A stretch of DNA of 58,146 nt. Origin: Negaprion brevirostris (taxonomy: Eukaryota). The stretch covers positions 28,929,513-28,987,658 of the forward strand of contig JARDVH010000140.1 in NCBI GenBank assembly GCA_030324005.1, given 5' to 3'. The translations under genes and the position numbers were made by a program. This document shows, piece after piece, positions 38,208 to 50,856 of this stretch. The first letter of the stretch is position 1. Every line of letters starts with the position of its first letter. A model generated the notes under the pieces. The model saw nothing but the letters and a program-made list of their open reading frames with translations. It did not search any database and was not told the DNA's origin.

Positions 38208-39324
38208 CTCATTTACTTCGGCTTGCCATGTGTGGTGACAATGGGCATCTACTCATGCTGTAGAAAATACTGTGACTGGAAGCAGGAAGGATCCCCAATT
38301 CTTTCATAATTAGAATTGGCACCCTGAACTGAAAAGCCGTTTGCTCATTCTTAAGTCTATAAATGGGACTTGGCATTCAATGGCAGATAAGCACACACAG
38401 TGCCTCTTCTTGTTCAAAATCTGTTAATTGGTGAGTTCATACATGTGGCAGCTGGTGTGCTTTTCAAATCGGTGCAGCGCTGAACCCTCCTCTAAACGAC
38501 CAAAAGGAAGGTCAATGGCAGCAAGTAAACTGGGCGAGCGGCTGAAGTTGCTGTAATTGTGTGGTATTTAATTAGTGTTTACCCAGTCTTCCCCACAACT
38601 GTAGGTAAGCACTAACTACGGCCGCGCAGAATGGGAGCGGGGGGGGGTGCTCGGAGTAAAGTGAACAGATGGAATTGGTGGTGTTGACTGAGCTTTCCCA
38701 GCACGCACTGACAGCATCAGTAACAAGCAATTTACAACGTGCTATTTACAGCTTGGGTTACAGTCCTCCATTGGTTCAGAGTGCTCTTTAGCAGCTGCTT
38801 TCATAATAACTTTCTGTGAACTGTTAATTGAACGTGAAAATGTGTGTGGGAGGGGTTTCTCGATGGCAGGCGCATCTTGCGATAATGAAGAAGAAAAGGC
38901 ACACAGCCTTAGAATGATAATGGCTGCTGCTATCGCATGCCCCTCTTTCGTGATTGAACAGCCGCAACTGACGGTGGCTGCCAGCTGCAATAAAGCACAG
39001 CCCAATTCGAGGAACTGCTGGACTGCATAGATTAGCTCACATCACATAATCTGAAGTTCTGCAGCCAGGGAAGGAATCATTCTGCTGCGGAGCAATTAAT
39101 GTTGCATTCGCATTGTGGCCTCATAATAAGCGAGGCAGATTGATGCCCTGGAATCTGCTGTATTTCCATTGTGGGACTGGCTTCAGAAACAATGCATATG
39201 CCATTTCAAAAAGAAAACTTTGACCTCTTGACTGCAGGTGCAACCCCAGGGTTGATGGGGGGGGTCAGGTTGGGGGAACGGTGTGTGGGGGGGCCAATGC
39301 TAAGTACACTGCTGCCCGATTAAA

Positions 39325-39612
39325 ATTTATTTATTAGTGTCAGAAGTAGGCGTTCATTCACACTACAATGAAGTTACTGTGTAAATCCCTGAGTCTCCAC
39401 ACTCTGGCGCCTGTTCGGGTACCCTGAGGGAGAATTTAGCATGGCCTGTGTACCTAACCAGCATGTCTTTCAGTCTGTGGGAGAAAACCGGAGCACCTGG
39501 AGGAAACGCAGACACAGGGAGAATGTGCAGATTCCGCACAGACGGTGACTCAAGCTGGGAATCAAACCTGGATCCGAGGCGCCATGAGGCAGCAATGCTT
39601 ATCACTGTGCCA
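39325..39612 (-). mobile_element. HE1/V-SINE, tail type B
   Basis: Same head, V-domain and tail on the minus strand. Confidence 0.9.
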
Positions 39613-39659
39613 TTCAATGGTGGCTTGAGATTTCATTCCACGAGAGGTTCCCACTGCAA

Positions 39660-39945
39660 GTAACCTTTGATTGGGGACATGTACTTAAGGGGAGAGGGGA
39701 CAAATTCAAAAGGAGATGTGAAGGGCATGTTTTTACGCAGTAGGTGTCTGTAACACCAGTGGTGATGGTGGTGCAGGCAGGTACAACAGGGGTGTTTAAG
39801 GGGCTTGTAGATAAGCACGTGAATATGAAAGGAATAGAGGAACATGGACCAAGGCAGACAGGAAAAGTTTAATTTGGTGTCATGTTCGGCAGAATCATGG
39901 GCTGAAGGGCCTGTTCTTGCAGTATATTGTTCAATGTCCTATGAA
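39660..39945 (+). mobile_element. CR1 3' fragment
   Basis: aggagatgtgaagggcatgttttta...gggctgaagggcctgttc tail. Confidence 0.7.
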
Positions 39946-39969
39946 TGCTGACTACATGGGATGTCGGTT

Positions 39970-40185
39970 GGGGTCTGTTAGCTTAATTGGCTGGATGGCT
40001 GGTTCATGATGCCAATGACACGGGTTCAACTCACGTACCAGCTGAGGTTATTCATGAAGGCANNNNNNNNNNNNNNNNNNNNNNNNNNNNNNNNNNNNNN
40101 NNNNNNNNNNNNNNNNNNNNCCAGCCTGATCTCCACCTCAGAGGGGAAGAGCAGCCTGTGGTCATCTCGGCCTATGGTGACTTTA
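39970..40185 (+). mobile_element. Short tRNA-headed SINE (third family) spanning a gap
   Basis: ttagcttaattggctgga (A-box-like)...gggttcaactc (B-box-like)...gcagcctgtggtcatctcggcctatggtgacttta. Confidence 0.5.
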
Positions 40186-41149
40186 CGTGGGATCGTGAGT
40201 AAGTACCATCAGGTTATAAGTTGTTTTTCATAATGCTGGAGCAAGTAGCACAGCTGTTTACAGCAGTGTAGCTGGGATCAGCATGAACTTAGTGGAAATC
40301 AGTGCCTTGCTGATGAACTCAAAAATGTGACAGCACAAATGTAACCACATTGTAAACATTCCCACAACAGGACTTGACAAGCCTCTCTGTGTCACTCTCC
40401 TTCTAAACCGGCGAGTTTTCGATCACCAAAAATTGTTGCACACTTTCATCAAAGCTTTTGTCACACAGTATAGCCACATGGTGGTCCCCAGTTCGCTTTG
40501 GCAGCAAGCTGCTGATGGAGGCTTGGCCATACAATTCACGAAGGGTTGTGGTGTAGCACTGCTTTACTTTAGTAAAACATTACAACCCCATTTCCATCAC
40601 TGCAACTGTGACTACTGCGCATCTGAGGTTTTCCACCTCTCTCACGATCTTACTGGCTTGCCCCACCTATCAGCTGGAGTGACGAGCCAGTCAGATCCAC
40701 CCCCCGCCCTCAGAGTCTGGCTGAAAACCAGCGGTTTTCTCTCCAGAAATTATGGCACTTTGTCATGCTGCGAGGCAGGGCCTAAATACGCCAGCTAAGC
40801 CCGACTGCACTGAGATGGGGGTGACGTTCTATCACGGGTGCCCCGATCAGAGCAAATCTAAACTCCCACACACGTTTCTCTTGAAGATAGCTTGATGCAG
40901 CAGTCAAGGGGTGGAGAAGCTCGTGCTGAGAGTGGGAGGAAAGGGATGGACTGGTAAGGAAGCAGAAAGGGCAGCAGGCATGACGGGAGTAGGGACTGGG
41001 GATAAGGCTGACTGATTGAGAAAGGAACAGGAGCCCAGAAAGGAGAGCTGGGGAGAGAACATTCAAAGGGAAGAGGCAGAAGAGGACAAAGAAAGAAATG
41101 GCAGCAGAGCACAAGATTGAAGCTGACCAGAGGGAAGAAAGGAATCCTT

Positions 41150-41532
41150 GAAAGTCTCAAAGTATTTCACAGCCAATTAGTTATTTTTAAAATGTAAACC
41201 ACTGTTGTAATATGGGGAGCCTCAGCAGTTAACTCTCTCGCAGCATGTTACCACAAAGGCAATAAGCTAAATGAGTAATTAATCCGGCTTTAGCAGTGCT
41301 GCTTGAGGGATAAATACTGTTTAGGACACCAGTGCACCATCCCTGCTCTCCTGTAAATCACATCATGGGATCTTCACCTCTGGTCAAGCATGCAGACGGG
41401 GCTTCAGTTTAACATCTGAAAACTACTGCCTCTGACAATATGACAGTTCCTCAGTACTGCACTGACATGATCATTAAGACTTTGTGCTAAAGACTTGGAG
41501 TGAGACTTGAATGTGCAACCTTCTGGCTTGAA
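41150..41532 (-). mobile_element. DeuSINE/SacSINE1-like SINE
   Basis: tttcacagccaat...gagggataaatact...catgggatctt...cctcagtactgcactg; reverse complement of the 9250 copy. Confidence 0.6.
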
Positions 41533-41565
41533 GAAGAAAAAGAAAGATTTGCATCTTCATAAGAC

Positions 41566-41931
41566 TGCACGGTGGTTGGCACTGCTGCCTTACAGCGCCA
41601 GGGACCCAGGTTCAATTCCAGCCTTGGGTCTGTTTGGAGTTTGCATGTTCTCCCCCCATCTGTGGTGTTCTTCCCGTGTCCGTGTTGTTCTCCCCATGTC
41701 CATGATTCACTACCCACTCTCTATCAATAATCTGTCCCACTGTCCAAAAATGTGTGGGTCAGGTGGATTGGCCATGCTGAATTGCCTGTTAGTGTCTCCA
41801 AGATGTGTAGGTTAGGGTGATTGGTGGGGTAAAATACATGGGGCTATGAGAATAGGGCCTGGATAGGGTGCTTTGTCAGAGAGTAAGTGCAGACTCGATG
41901 GGCTGAATGGCCTCTTTCTGCACTGTAGGGA
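41566..41931 (+). mobile_element. HE1/V-SINE, tail type A, with an internal rearrangement
   Basis: Head and tail present; V-domain partly replaced. Confidence 0.85.
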
Positions 41932-42946
41932 GACTAAGAGCTGAGGACATTCTATTGCTCTTCCCAGTTAATAGAGTACTTTTTGAATTGTAGTTGCTGT
42001 TGCTGAGGAGAACCCATGTTGCCCCATTTCCAAGATATCCTGGGGCTTTTGGAGGGAGCATCAATAGGCCCGTTCTATAATAGGCACAAGGCCAATTTAA
42101 TGTTAAAAGAAATGGATTGGAAGGATTTTGAGTTTAATCCGCCAGATTTCCTGCTGCTTTTGACCAGCTAGTGTCCCTGAGTGGGGGAACCTGAGGATTG
42201 TTGGTGTAAACTTGAGATGTCTGCAGGGCTTTTAAAAACAGATGGAAAGGAAATTGTTTTAACACAAGCAGACCTGGACAATTGGAGGCACTCGGGGCTT
42301 GCTGGCTACTGCTCATCACCAACTGCTCTTCAGCAACAGCCAGGAGGCACTGATGTCAGTGGTGAGTCGCGCTGCCACATGGCCTGAAGTCTGCAGCTGT
42401 GCCCCAGTTTCCTCCTGGATTTCCTGGTACAAGACCCAGCTGGGAGGTAGACTACGTGGAGAGTGTTCTGCTTTTGCTAACAGTGAAATCAATTGAAATT
42501 ATATGATGTATACATCCTCCAATCAGTTGGTGTTGTGCTGTTGAACTCTTAGAAGTCATTCCATTGAAGTAAAAACATAAAAACAAGCTATTTAACCTCA
42601 CTAGTTTATATTTATCTTCCAGGTGAGCAGTAGTTTTAATCGCATGTGCTCATTCTGTTTGCATATCCATTTACCGACCACCCACTCTCCATCAATAACC
42701 TACCTAACGTCTACTGAAATGTGGGTTGTTTGTTGTTACAGACGCCTTAAGATGCACACACAAGAACATAAAGAACATAAAGAACACAAGAACATAAGAA
42801 ATAGGAGCAGGAGTAGGCCATCCAGCCCTTCGAGCCTGCCCCGCCATTCAATAAGANNNNNNNNNNNNNNNNNNNNNNNNNNNNNNNNNNNNNNNNNNNN
42901 NNNNNNNNNNNNNNNNNNNNNNNNNNNNNNNNNNNNNNNNNNNNNN

Positions 42947-43075
42947 ATTGCCCCTTTGTGGCAGGGAGGTTAGCAGGGTAAATTTGTGGGGTTGTGGGAG
43001 TAGGGCCTGGGTGGGATTGTTGTCAGGGCAGGCTTGATGTACTGAATGGCCTCCTTCGACACTGTAGGATTCTGA
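42947..43075 (+). mobile_element. HE1 3' fragment after a gap
   Basis: attgcccctt...cactgtaggattct. Confidence 0.8.
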
Positions 43076-43589
43076 ATGTAATTTGTTGCAGTGAAAGTGA
43101 TTGTATCGTGGTGGAAATGTTAATGGATTAGTATTCGGAGCCTCAAGAACAAATCCCACCATGGCAGCTGGGTGAATTTGAATTCAATTAATTCATGAAG
43201 CTCGAATAAAATGCTCCTCTCATCATGAATCATGATCATAAGACCCACTGGTTTGTTGTAAAAATCCATCTGATTTACTAATCCCCTTATCTGGTGTTAC
43301 AACCAAGCCAAGAGAGGTGAAATGCCTCCACACTTTGTTACAACCAACTGCAGGGTAGGACAAGAGTTTGAATTGTAAAGGAAGGTGATCTTGCCAATTT
43401 AAGGTATATTTAACCATATAGAGCTCGGTGCAAGAAATAAGCCAACCAGGTTCCTTAAGTTAACAAGAGCTTTATTGCTAAACTTCACCCAGGTAAAGAA
43501 GCAGAAATTATGAACAAAAGATTTAAAATGTACCAAAATATTCAACAGCCCACGAATGCAAAAGAGAACACAGATGATCTGCCCGCGGG

Positions 43590-43692
43590 GAAAACATCCA
43601 GACTCCACACAGACAGTCACCCAAGGCCAGAATCAAACCAGGGTCCCTGGAGCTGTGAGGCAGCAGTGCTCACCACTGTGCCACCATGCCGC
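43590..43692 (-). mobile_element. HE1 5' fragment
   Basis: gactccacacagacagtcacccaag...cactgtgccaccatgccg. Confidence 0.85.
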
Positions 43693-45034
43693 ATGCACAT
43701 GTAGGCAGTGTCTCAAAAAGACAGCTCGCCTTGACCTTCTCAAGGGCAATTAGTGATTGCCAATAAAGGATAATGATGCTCTCACCCCGAAAATGAGTTG
43801 TAAAATGTAAATGCTGACGGTAAATGAGCTTGTATTTTCTTCTCGAGATTGTGACTGATGTGCTAACTGACAATTGTGTTCATTGTTGGAGAAAAAATAA
43901 ATGCACCCTTGGGATAATTTTGCAAAGGCAAGCTTTCAGTTGATAAATATCGTGAAGGCATGTCTGCTGAAGATTTAAATTGTATGTAAAATAGTGACAC
44001 TGTTGGCACAATAAGATTCCCTTGACATAATGTTCTTATCCCTCACCAGTTACCCTGTCCCATCCACTCTGCATCCAGCTTTGGATGTGGCAGCCTTCTC
44101 GTAACGGGTGTGAGAAACCAATTCTCCCTGACCCCCCTGCCCCTCCGATGTCAAAAGGTGCTTTCTAAAATTGGAGGAGAACCTGTTTTTTTAAAGAAGA
44201 GGATTTCAGTCACCAATGAAGCATCAGAGTGTAAACGCTATTTGAAGAGCATTTTGATTGCAGCCAGTGCAAATAATGATGGAAACCATTTGGGAATGAA
44301 TAAGAATCAGTGGAAGCACTAAATGAGTACACGGCTTGACGATTGGTCATCAATGAAATCAATTACTTTGGGCGATTATTCTCCACAAAAATGTAATTAC
44401 TTCAGATTGGCAGCTGAAAAGTTTTTGTTGGAGACAAAATGAAGGGCAGTTAGAAATAGAAAGAGGGAGGAGACAGTTTCTTTGAATCCTTGCCAGCTGC
44501 CAGTAGCAGAATCTATCATTATAACGTAATCTCGGAGCAGGCTGCGCTATCTAATTGTAAGGGTCACTTATCATTGTACCGGGGAATAACTTCCAGTTTC
44601 CAAACTGGCCAAGCATATGCCATTTTATTTAGTGGGTGGGTAATAACCATGCTTTTCACAGAAAGGGACAGTTCAGGAGATGGGGCACTGTCATTTTAAC
44701 CATATTTACCAGGAGGGCAAGGCTAGATTAAGAGCGGAGCTGTAGCTGTGGTTTAGATATTGGCGGTGAGATACTGAATGCTGCCTGACGATGGGTGGAA
44801 TTTAATGACTTCTCGTTGTGGCGGGTGTGATGACAGGGACATTTAATTCGGTGCAGGAGGTAAATGGGGATCCTTGGCTCTGCCCCGAGTAAGTTCTTGG
44901 TGGGAAGGCTCGTTGACAATCTTCCCACACTGCCACCAATTGAGGCCTTTAACTTCATAATTTATGCCTACCTGAGGGCCTCAACCCATCGCTGTTGATA
45001 TTCACCCCCACTGCCTGGCACACTCTCCACAGCA

Positions 45035-45677
45035 AGCCATTAGGAAAGCTAATAGAACGTTATCATTTATTGTGAGGAGAGTGCATCACAAAAGGAGGGA
45101 GGTTATACTTCAGTTGCAAAGGGCAGTAGTGAGGCCACATCTGGAGTATTGTGTGAGGATTGATATCATTTAAGGAAAGATGTAAATACATTAGAAACAG
45201 TTCAGAGGAGTTTGCTATACTAATATCCAGAAAGGGAGGATTCTCTTATCAGGAGAGGTTGGACAGGATAGGCTTGTACATACTGGAATTTAGAAGAGTA
45301 AGATGTGGCTCAGTTGGAACTTTTAAAATCCTGAGGGTGGATTTGGAGAAGATGCCTCCTCTCGTCAGGGCATCTAGAACTAGGAGTCATTGGTTAAAAA
45401 TAAGGGGTAACTCATTAAAGACAAATGAGAAGAAATGTTTTCTCTCAGAGTTGAGAGTTTCTGGGACACTCTTCCTCAATAACCGTGGAAGTAGAGTTGT
45501 TCAATTTTTTAAGGTCAGGCTAGATAGATTCCAGATTTTAAAAATCTGTATATTATTGGGGGCAGAAGGGAATGTGGGGTTGAGGTTACAATCAGTTCAG
45601 TCCATGATTTTATTGAATGGTGGAGCAGGCTGAAAGGGTGAAGTGGCCTACTCTTCATCCTAATATGTATATCTGTA
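45035..45677 (+). mobile_element. CR1 LINE 3' part (decayed)
   Basis: ORF 45160-45633 includes SYQERLDRIGLYILEFRRVR...TFKILR...SRTRSHWLKIRG, CR1 ORF2 C-terminal motifs, followed by the tail. Confidence 0.88.
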
Positions 45678-45699
45678 NNNNNNNNNNAAAAACAAATCA

Positions 45700-46480
45700 T
45701 TTTTGCACCTTTATATAACTTCCTTCCAAATTTGACCCTCTACATCCTTCCCACTAATTGTGGCCAACAGACTACACTGAGCAAAAACAGTTCACCTTTT
45801 TTGTTCCATAGCTTCAGCCAAATGGTTTCTGTTCTTGATTCTCTCTGGGAAATTCTCCTGCTCCAACACTGTCTTGCTCCCTTTTATCAATTTCACCATC
45901 CTTCCCTTTTTTCTTCTTCCCCTGAACACTTTGTATCCAGGAATATATAGCACCATATTTTGAGCCAGACCTCTGTTATAGCCACAACATTGTATTTCCA
46001 CAAGTAATGTGCCACTCTAACTCACCAATCTTATTTACCACACTCCATGCAGTGTGGCCCTGATTTGAAGTCTATTCCTTTTCTTCCTGACTCTGACCCC
46101 AATTATTAACTTATTATTCCCAATTCTACTGCTATCCATCTGTCACAGTATTCTGTGCACTTTGGTATTCCTTTCTGATATCTTCTGGTTCCGCCACCCT
46201 TTCCAAGGTAGTTTAACCCTTCCCAATAGGACTAGCAAAACATCCCACAAGGATCTTAGTCATGGAACTATATAAGTATAACCTGTCCGGCCTTTACAGA
46301 TTCTATCTCCTAAACCAATCCCAATATATTTGTTTCCAAATGTGACTCAAAACCCACAGATTTATATTCCCAAAGTCTCCTCTGAACTTCCGCTCACTGT
46401 CTCCCACTGGTTTAGGGCCCTATGCCTCTGCCTCTTTATACCCATTACTCTCATGCGCACAGTCCGATCACTCATTGCAA
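45700..46480 (-). mobile_element. Decayed CR1 internal fragment (endonuclease region)
   Basis: The minus-strand peptide LYIPGYKVFRGRRKKG resembles the CR1 APE motif (IPGYxxFRxDR). Confidence 0.55.
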
Positions 46481-47434
46481 AAGGAAGACCATCCTGATGA
46501 GCAGTCCAGACATGACCTTTTAGTAGTTTGAACCTGTGTTCCCTGATTACAGACATTGCACTGAATGTTGCAAATATCTAGATTTTGGAAATTTTAATTG
46601 GAGATCAGTAGCGATTCTTGCTGGGTTTTTGCCGTATGCAAGGGTCAGAAGATCCTGGGAGTGGGGAGACGCCAGTGTTGAACTTACTAAGCATATTTAA
46701 ATGTAACGCTAAATACTCTGATCTGCAGCCTCCTGCACTTTCTGGGTGAGATCCAGTTTGCTCCGGTAGCAAGGGACCAAGCATATTGTAAACCATTTGG
46801 TGCCGGGCCAGAACCTGTTTTTCGGCCCGCACGCAATCTTCCTGCATGAGCACGATCTGCTTCAGCACAGCGAGGGCGGAAAATCACAGCCCCAGTCTTT
46901 GTAATCCAATGCGACCTGTACTCGTTCTCTTTATCTGATCCAGGAGTGCGTTTGGTGGACTGGAAGAGAAGTCAGCTATTGCAAAACATATTGCAAGACC
47001 CACAAAAAATGTTGATGATGGCTTGATAACTGCATGCTGGCAATCAACACTCGATGTAATTATAAGTTCTTTACCAAAACCCTCAGATGGGTTGAAATAT
47101 GTTATGTGACCTTTCTTCTACTAGAAAAGAGTTCAGTCATTTGCTGCTACAAAGTTAACACGCTCAATAAATGGAGCTTAGCTGATTGTAAATTAACTCC
47201 CTCGTAAATAAATAGTTTTCCTGAGACATTACAATAATAAGAAATATGTGAAGAAGAATATGAAATACTTGTTACAAGAAAAATAAGTTACTCTTCTAAG
47301 TAAAAGCAAATTTGTGAAAAAAAACTCAAGAAATTATTCGGAGCAGAATAACTGATATTTGGAACATTCAGTGCAGTGTCTGTAATCAGGGAACGCAGGT
47401 TCAAACTACTAAAAGGTAATGTCTGGACTGCTTA

Positions 47435-48290
47435 TCAGGCCCTTGAGCCTGCTCCACATATCACAATGGTCATAGTTGAACTTTGACTGCAAGTCCATTT
47501 TGTCAGCCTATCCCCATTTCCCACAATTCCTTTTGTGTCCAAAAAATCTCTTACTCCCAGAGTTGACTATATTCCAGAATTTTCCTGTCCTGCTTGTCAC
47601 AGGAACTGTACCAGGTGGAACATGGACCATGTAAAGAGTGGCTGGAAAATCCCGCCCCATGACTGACCACCCACCACTCTTGGGGTAGCGAGTTCCAAAG
47701 ATTCACAGCTCATATCAGTTTGAAATGGCCAGATCCTCATCCTGAGTCTTTGATCCCTCAATTCTAGACTTTGCAGCCTCCAAAAGCAGCTTTTTGGTAT
47801 ATATCCTCTCAAGCTCTCAAGGAATCTTTTGTGGTTCAATGAGATCCTGAAACTGCAAAGAACTCATTCTACGCAATTTTTCATCGTAGGACAGCCCTCT
47901 CACCCTAGGAATCTAGCCAACTTTCATTACACTCCCTCCTAAGGCAAGTAAATGCATATTTCCCAAGGTAAGGAGACTAAAACTGTACTGCACCCAGAAC
48001 ACAAGGTATCACTTAACAAAATCTGATATCCTCACATAATTCCTGCAAGACTTCCTTATTCTTATAACCCATCCTTCTTATGACAATGACAAATGTATCA
48101 TTTGCCTTCCTAACATGTACCTACATGTTAACTTTCAGTGCTTTGTGTACAAGGACAAGTCCGTCTGCATACCAACACTTACTGTCTCTCACATTTTAAA
48201 ATTATTCTGTTTTCCATCCTTCTGGCTATAGTGGATAATTTCTCACTTCCCCACATTATGTTACATCTGCCAACTTCTTTCCTAATTAAT
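47435..48290 (-). mobile_element. Decayed CR1 3' part with a small MITE-like insert near 47580-47660
   Basis: Inverted CR1 tail (ggcccttgagcctgctcc) followed by inverted ORF2-like sequence (gactaaaactgtact...tttgccttcctaa). Confidence 0.6.
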
Positions 48291-48365
48291 CTTGGCTGTT
48301 CTGGAGTTTTTCTTTTAGAAGTGTGTGTACGTTTTGTTTTTGTTGTAAACTGACTCATCTGGAAA

Positions 48366-50856
48366 TCAAGAATCAGTGAGAGTGTACTGTTTTAAGCCTA
48401 TGTCTGTTTCATTGCAAGTTCCTTCTCTTTCTTAAATTAAATCAGATCCATTCCTTACGCATTCTGTGATGTTCACTTTTAGGCATGAATGCACAAAAGG
48501 AGCATGTGTCCTCCCATCGGGGTGTTCTCATCAAGAGATTTTAACTCTAACTGTGCAACATTATTCTTTCTGTCAGTATTATTCTTGTAACTTCCTTAAT
48601 TCTGAGAAATGAGTTATCAATAAAGAAGATATAGAAAAAAATTCAGCAAACACATTGATAAGAGGGAATTTCTGTCAGGAAGAACACAACCTACTGGAAG
48701 TGAAATCTGCAATATGCAAAAGAAATAAATTGAAGCAAGAGGTTTCTGGACTTCAAACTGAGCGACCAGATTGAATAAACATTGTGATAGTGTAGATGCT
48801 GATCCAAAGTGCCCAGGAAGCCACTTCAGTCCCTCTGTTCAGGAATTTGATATCCTTACTTTTTAAAGAATTGCTCACCAGAAACGCTGGCAACCTGAAT
48901 TTTTCTGTTTGATTCTGTATGTTAATCCAGATGGGTAAGTGAGTGGCTTCTTGGCACACCTTCTGATTAAGTTTTTGTCTTCTGTTGGCTGAAAAAAACC
49001 CCTTGACAAGTAGTACGACCAGGGAATATAATTCACATCGCCTTTGTTATGTAAGATTAAAGGAAAACAAGATCTTTTCCCTTGGGATGCTTTATCTTTA
49101 AAGAAGTGTTGTCCCTTGACATGGTGTGGCGTAATGTATTATCATTAGACTAGTAATCCAGAGACCCGTGGCAAGATTGGGGGAGACCTGAGTGGGTCAA
49201 CCCACTAAGGTCAACCTATAACTCAGACCATGCTGAGAGGCTTCGCACCTCTCTCACACTCCTCAACCAAATCATATACCAGCTCTACAGCAAATGCCAC
49301 AACCTGGAAACTAAGATTGGGAGACCCAGGTTTGAATCCCACCACGATTCAAATGTGATGGGACATTTGATTTATTTATAAAATCTGGAATTAAAATTCT
49401 AACGATCACCATGAAACCATGTGGTTGATTCACAAACTCTCACTGAAATGGAGGGCAGTCTGTGAGATTAGAAGTAGTTGACTTTTTTTTTGTTCTTTTC
49501 CTTCAGTCTATTTGTCTTGGGTTTTGTAGTCAGCAGTGAAGGAATAGTGCCCACTATTCATTATGCTTAAATTTCCCAGAGACTTGTGGGCTTTTGAGCA
49601 GCTACTTTTGGTCATTCGAGAGCCTTTCAGCATAAGGCCCTTAAAAGTGGATTTGATTCCTGTCTGAACAGAGTGAGCAAAGGTGTTTCTCTCCAAGTAC
49701 TTGTTTGAAGAATTCTCACTGAAGCATTGGAGTCTAATCTAGAATTCCATGTCAAACAGTGTCATCCAAGTAAAATTATATACAGAAAGTGAAATAAGGA
49801 GAGGGAAAGTAAGATAGATTTAAGGTCAAGAAATGAAAGAGACTGAATAAGTTTATATAAAAAAAATTAATTGTTAATTTTCTAAAAAAAAGTATGATGA
49901 TTATGTACTGGAAGAATGACTTGCCATACTTGTAAAATTAAATTTTATGGACCAGACAGTAAATTATGATGTTCAGCCCAAAACAAATTGATTTAGCCTT
50001 GATCATTAGCCCTAATTTTTGTGTTATGTCTAGTGGATACCTTGTGGTAAGTACGGCAACTTTGTATCCTTTAAATGAGGAATTTATTGGCCAGGTACCA
50101 GTGTTTGTGTAAGAGCAGGGCAACTCAGCAAACCACATACTGATTTCCATGATGAATTACACGTGTGGAACTCAGAGGTTGCTGACTGGCTTATGTCATA
50201 ATAATGGTGAACACTGATGGCCTCCGCATTATTCTTGTTATAAAATCTGGGTCCAGGACTTTTGCTGAAGCATGGCTTCATATTTCTTGGCTTGTTGCCC
50301 CAACCATGGAACTGTTCTTTTCTGTGAGTCCTGTCAATAAATTGTGACAAGCTATTTTGAATGAAGGGGAATCACAGCCTAAGCAAGTTCTGTCTTCAGT
50401 CACCTGACACATGTGCATGTCCCAGTATTGATTCACCAGAATGTAATCGGGAGCAGGAATCCTGAGTGACCCCACCCCCGCCGGCGTCGTTTGGCAGCAC
50501 AGTTTCCAGTTTCGGTTCCCTTCTGCTGCCCTGGCTGCATTGAGCCCATTCAGCAGAACTTGGCAGTAGTAAGATCACTTTCCAGGTTGTTTAATATTTT
50601 CTGTCTCAGGAATAAGGTCACATTCCAGCTGTTTGACTCAGGCCCCTGTTTTATCCTGATTATGTTGCACAGTTAGAGTCAACGTCTCTTGATGAGAACA
50701 CCCTGATGGGGACACACATGTTCCTTTTGTGCATTCATGCCTAAAAGAGAACTGCATAGGATGTGTAAGGAATGGATCTGATTTAATTTAAGAAAAAGAA
50801 GGAACATGCATTGAAACTAACGTAGCTTTTAACAGCACGCTGTCATTGATTCTTGA
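48366..50856. repeat. Long inverted repeat: arms 48366-48561 and 50662-50856, spacer ~2.1 kb
   Basis: Manual alignment gives roughly 80-85% identity, with exact blocks such as tttcttaaattaaatcagatccattccttac and cttttaggcatgaatgcacaaaagga. Confidence 0.95.
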
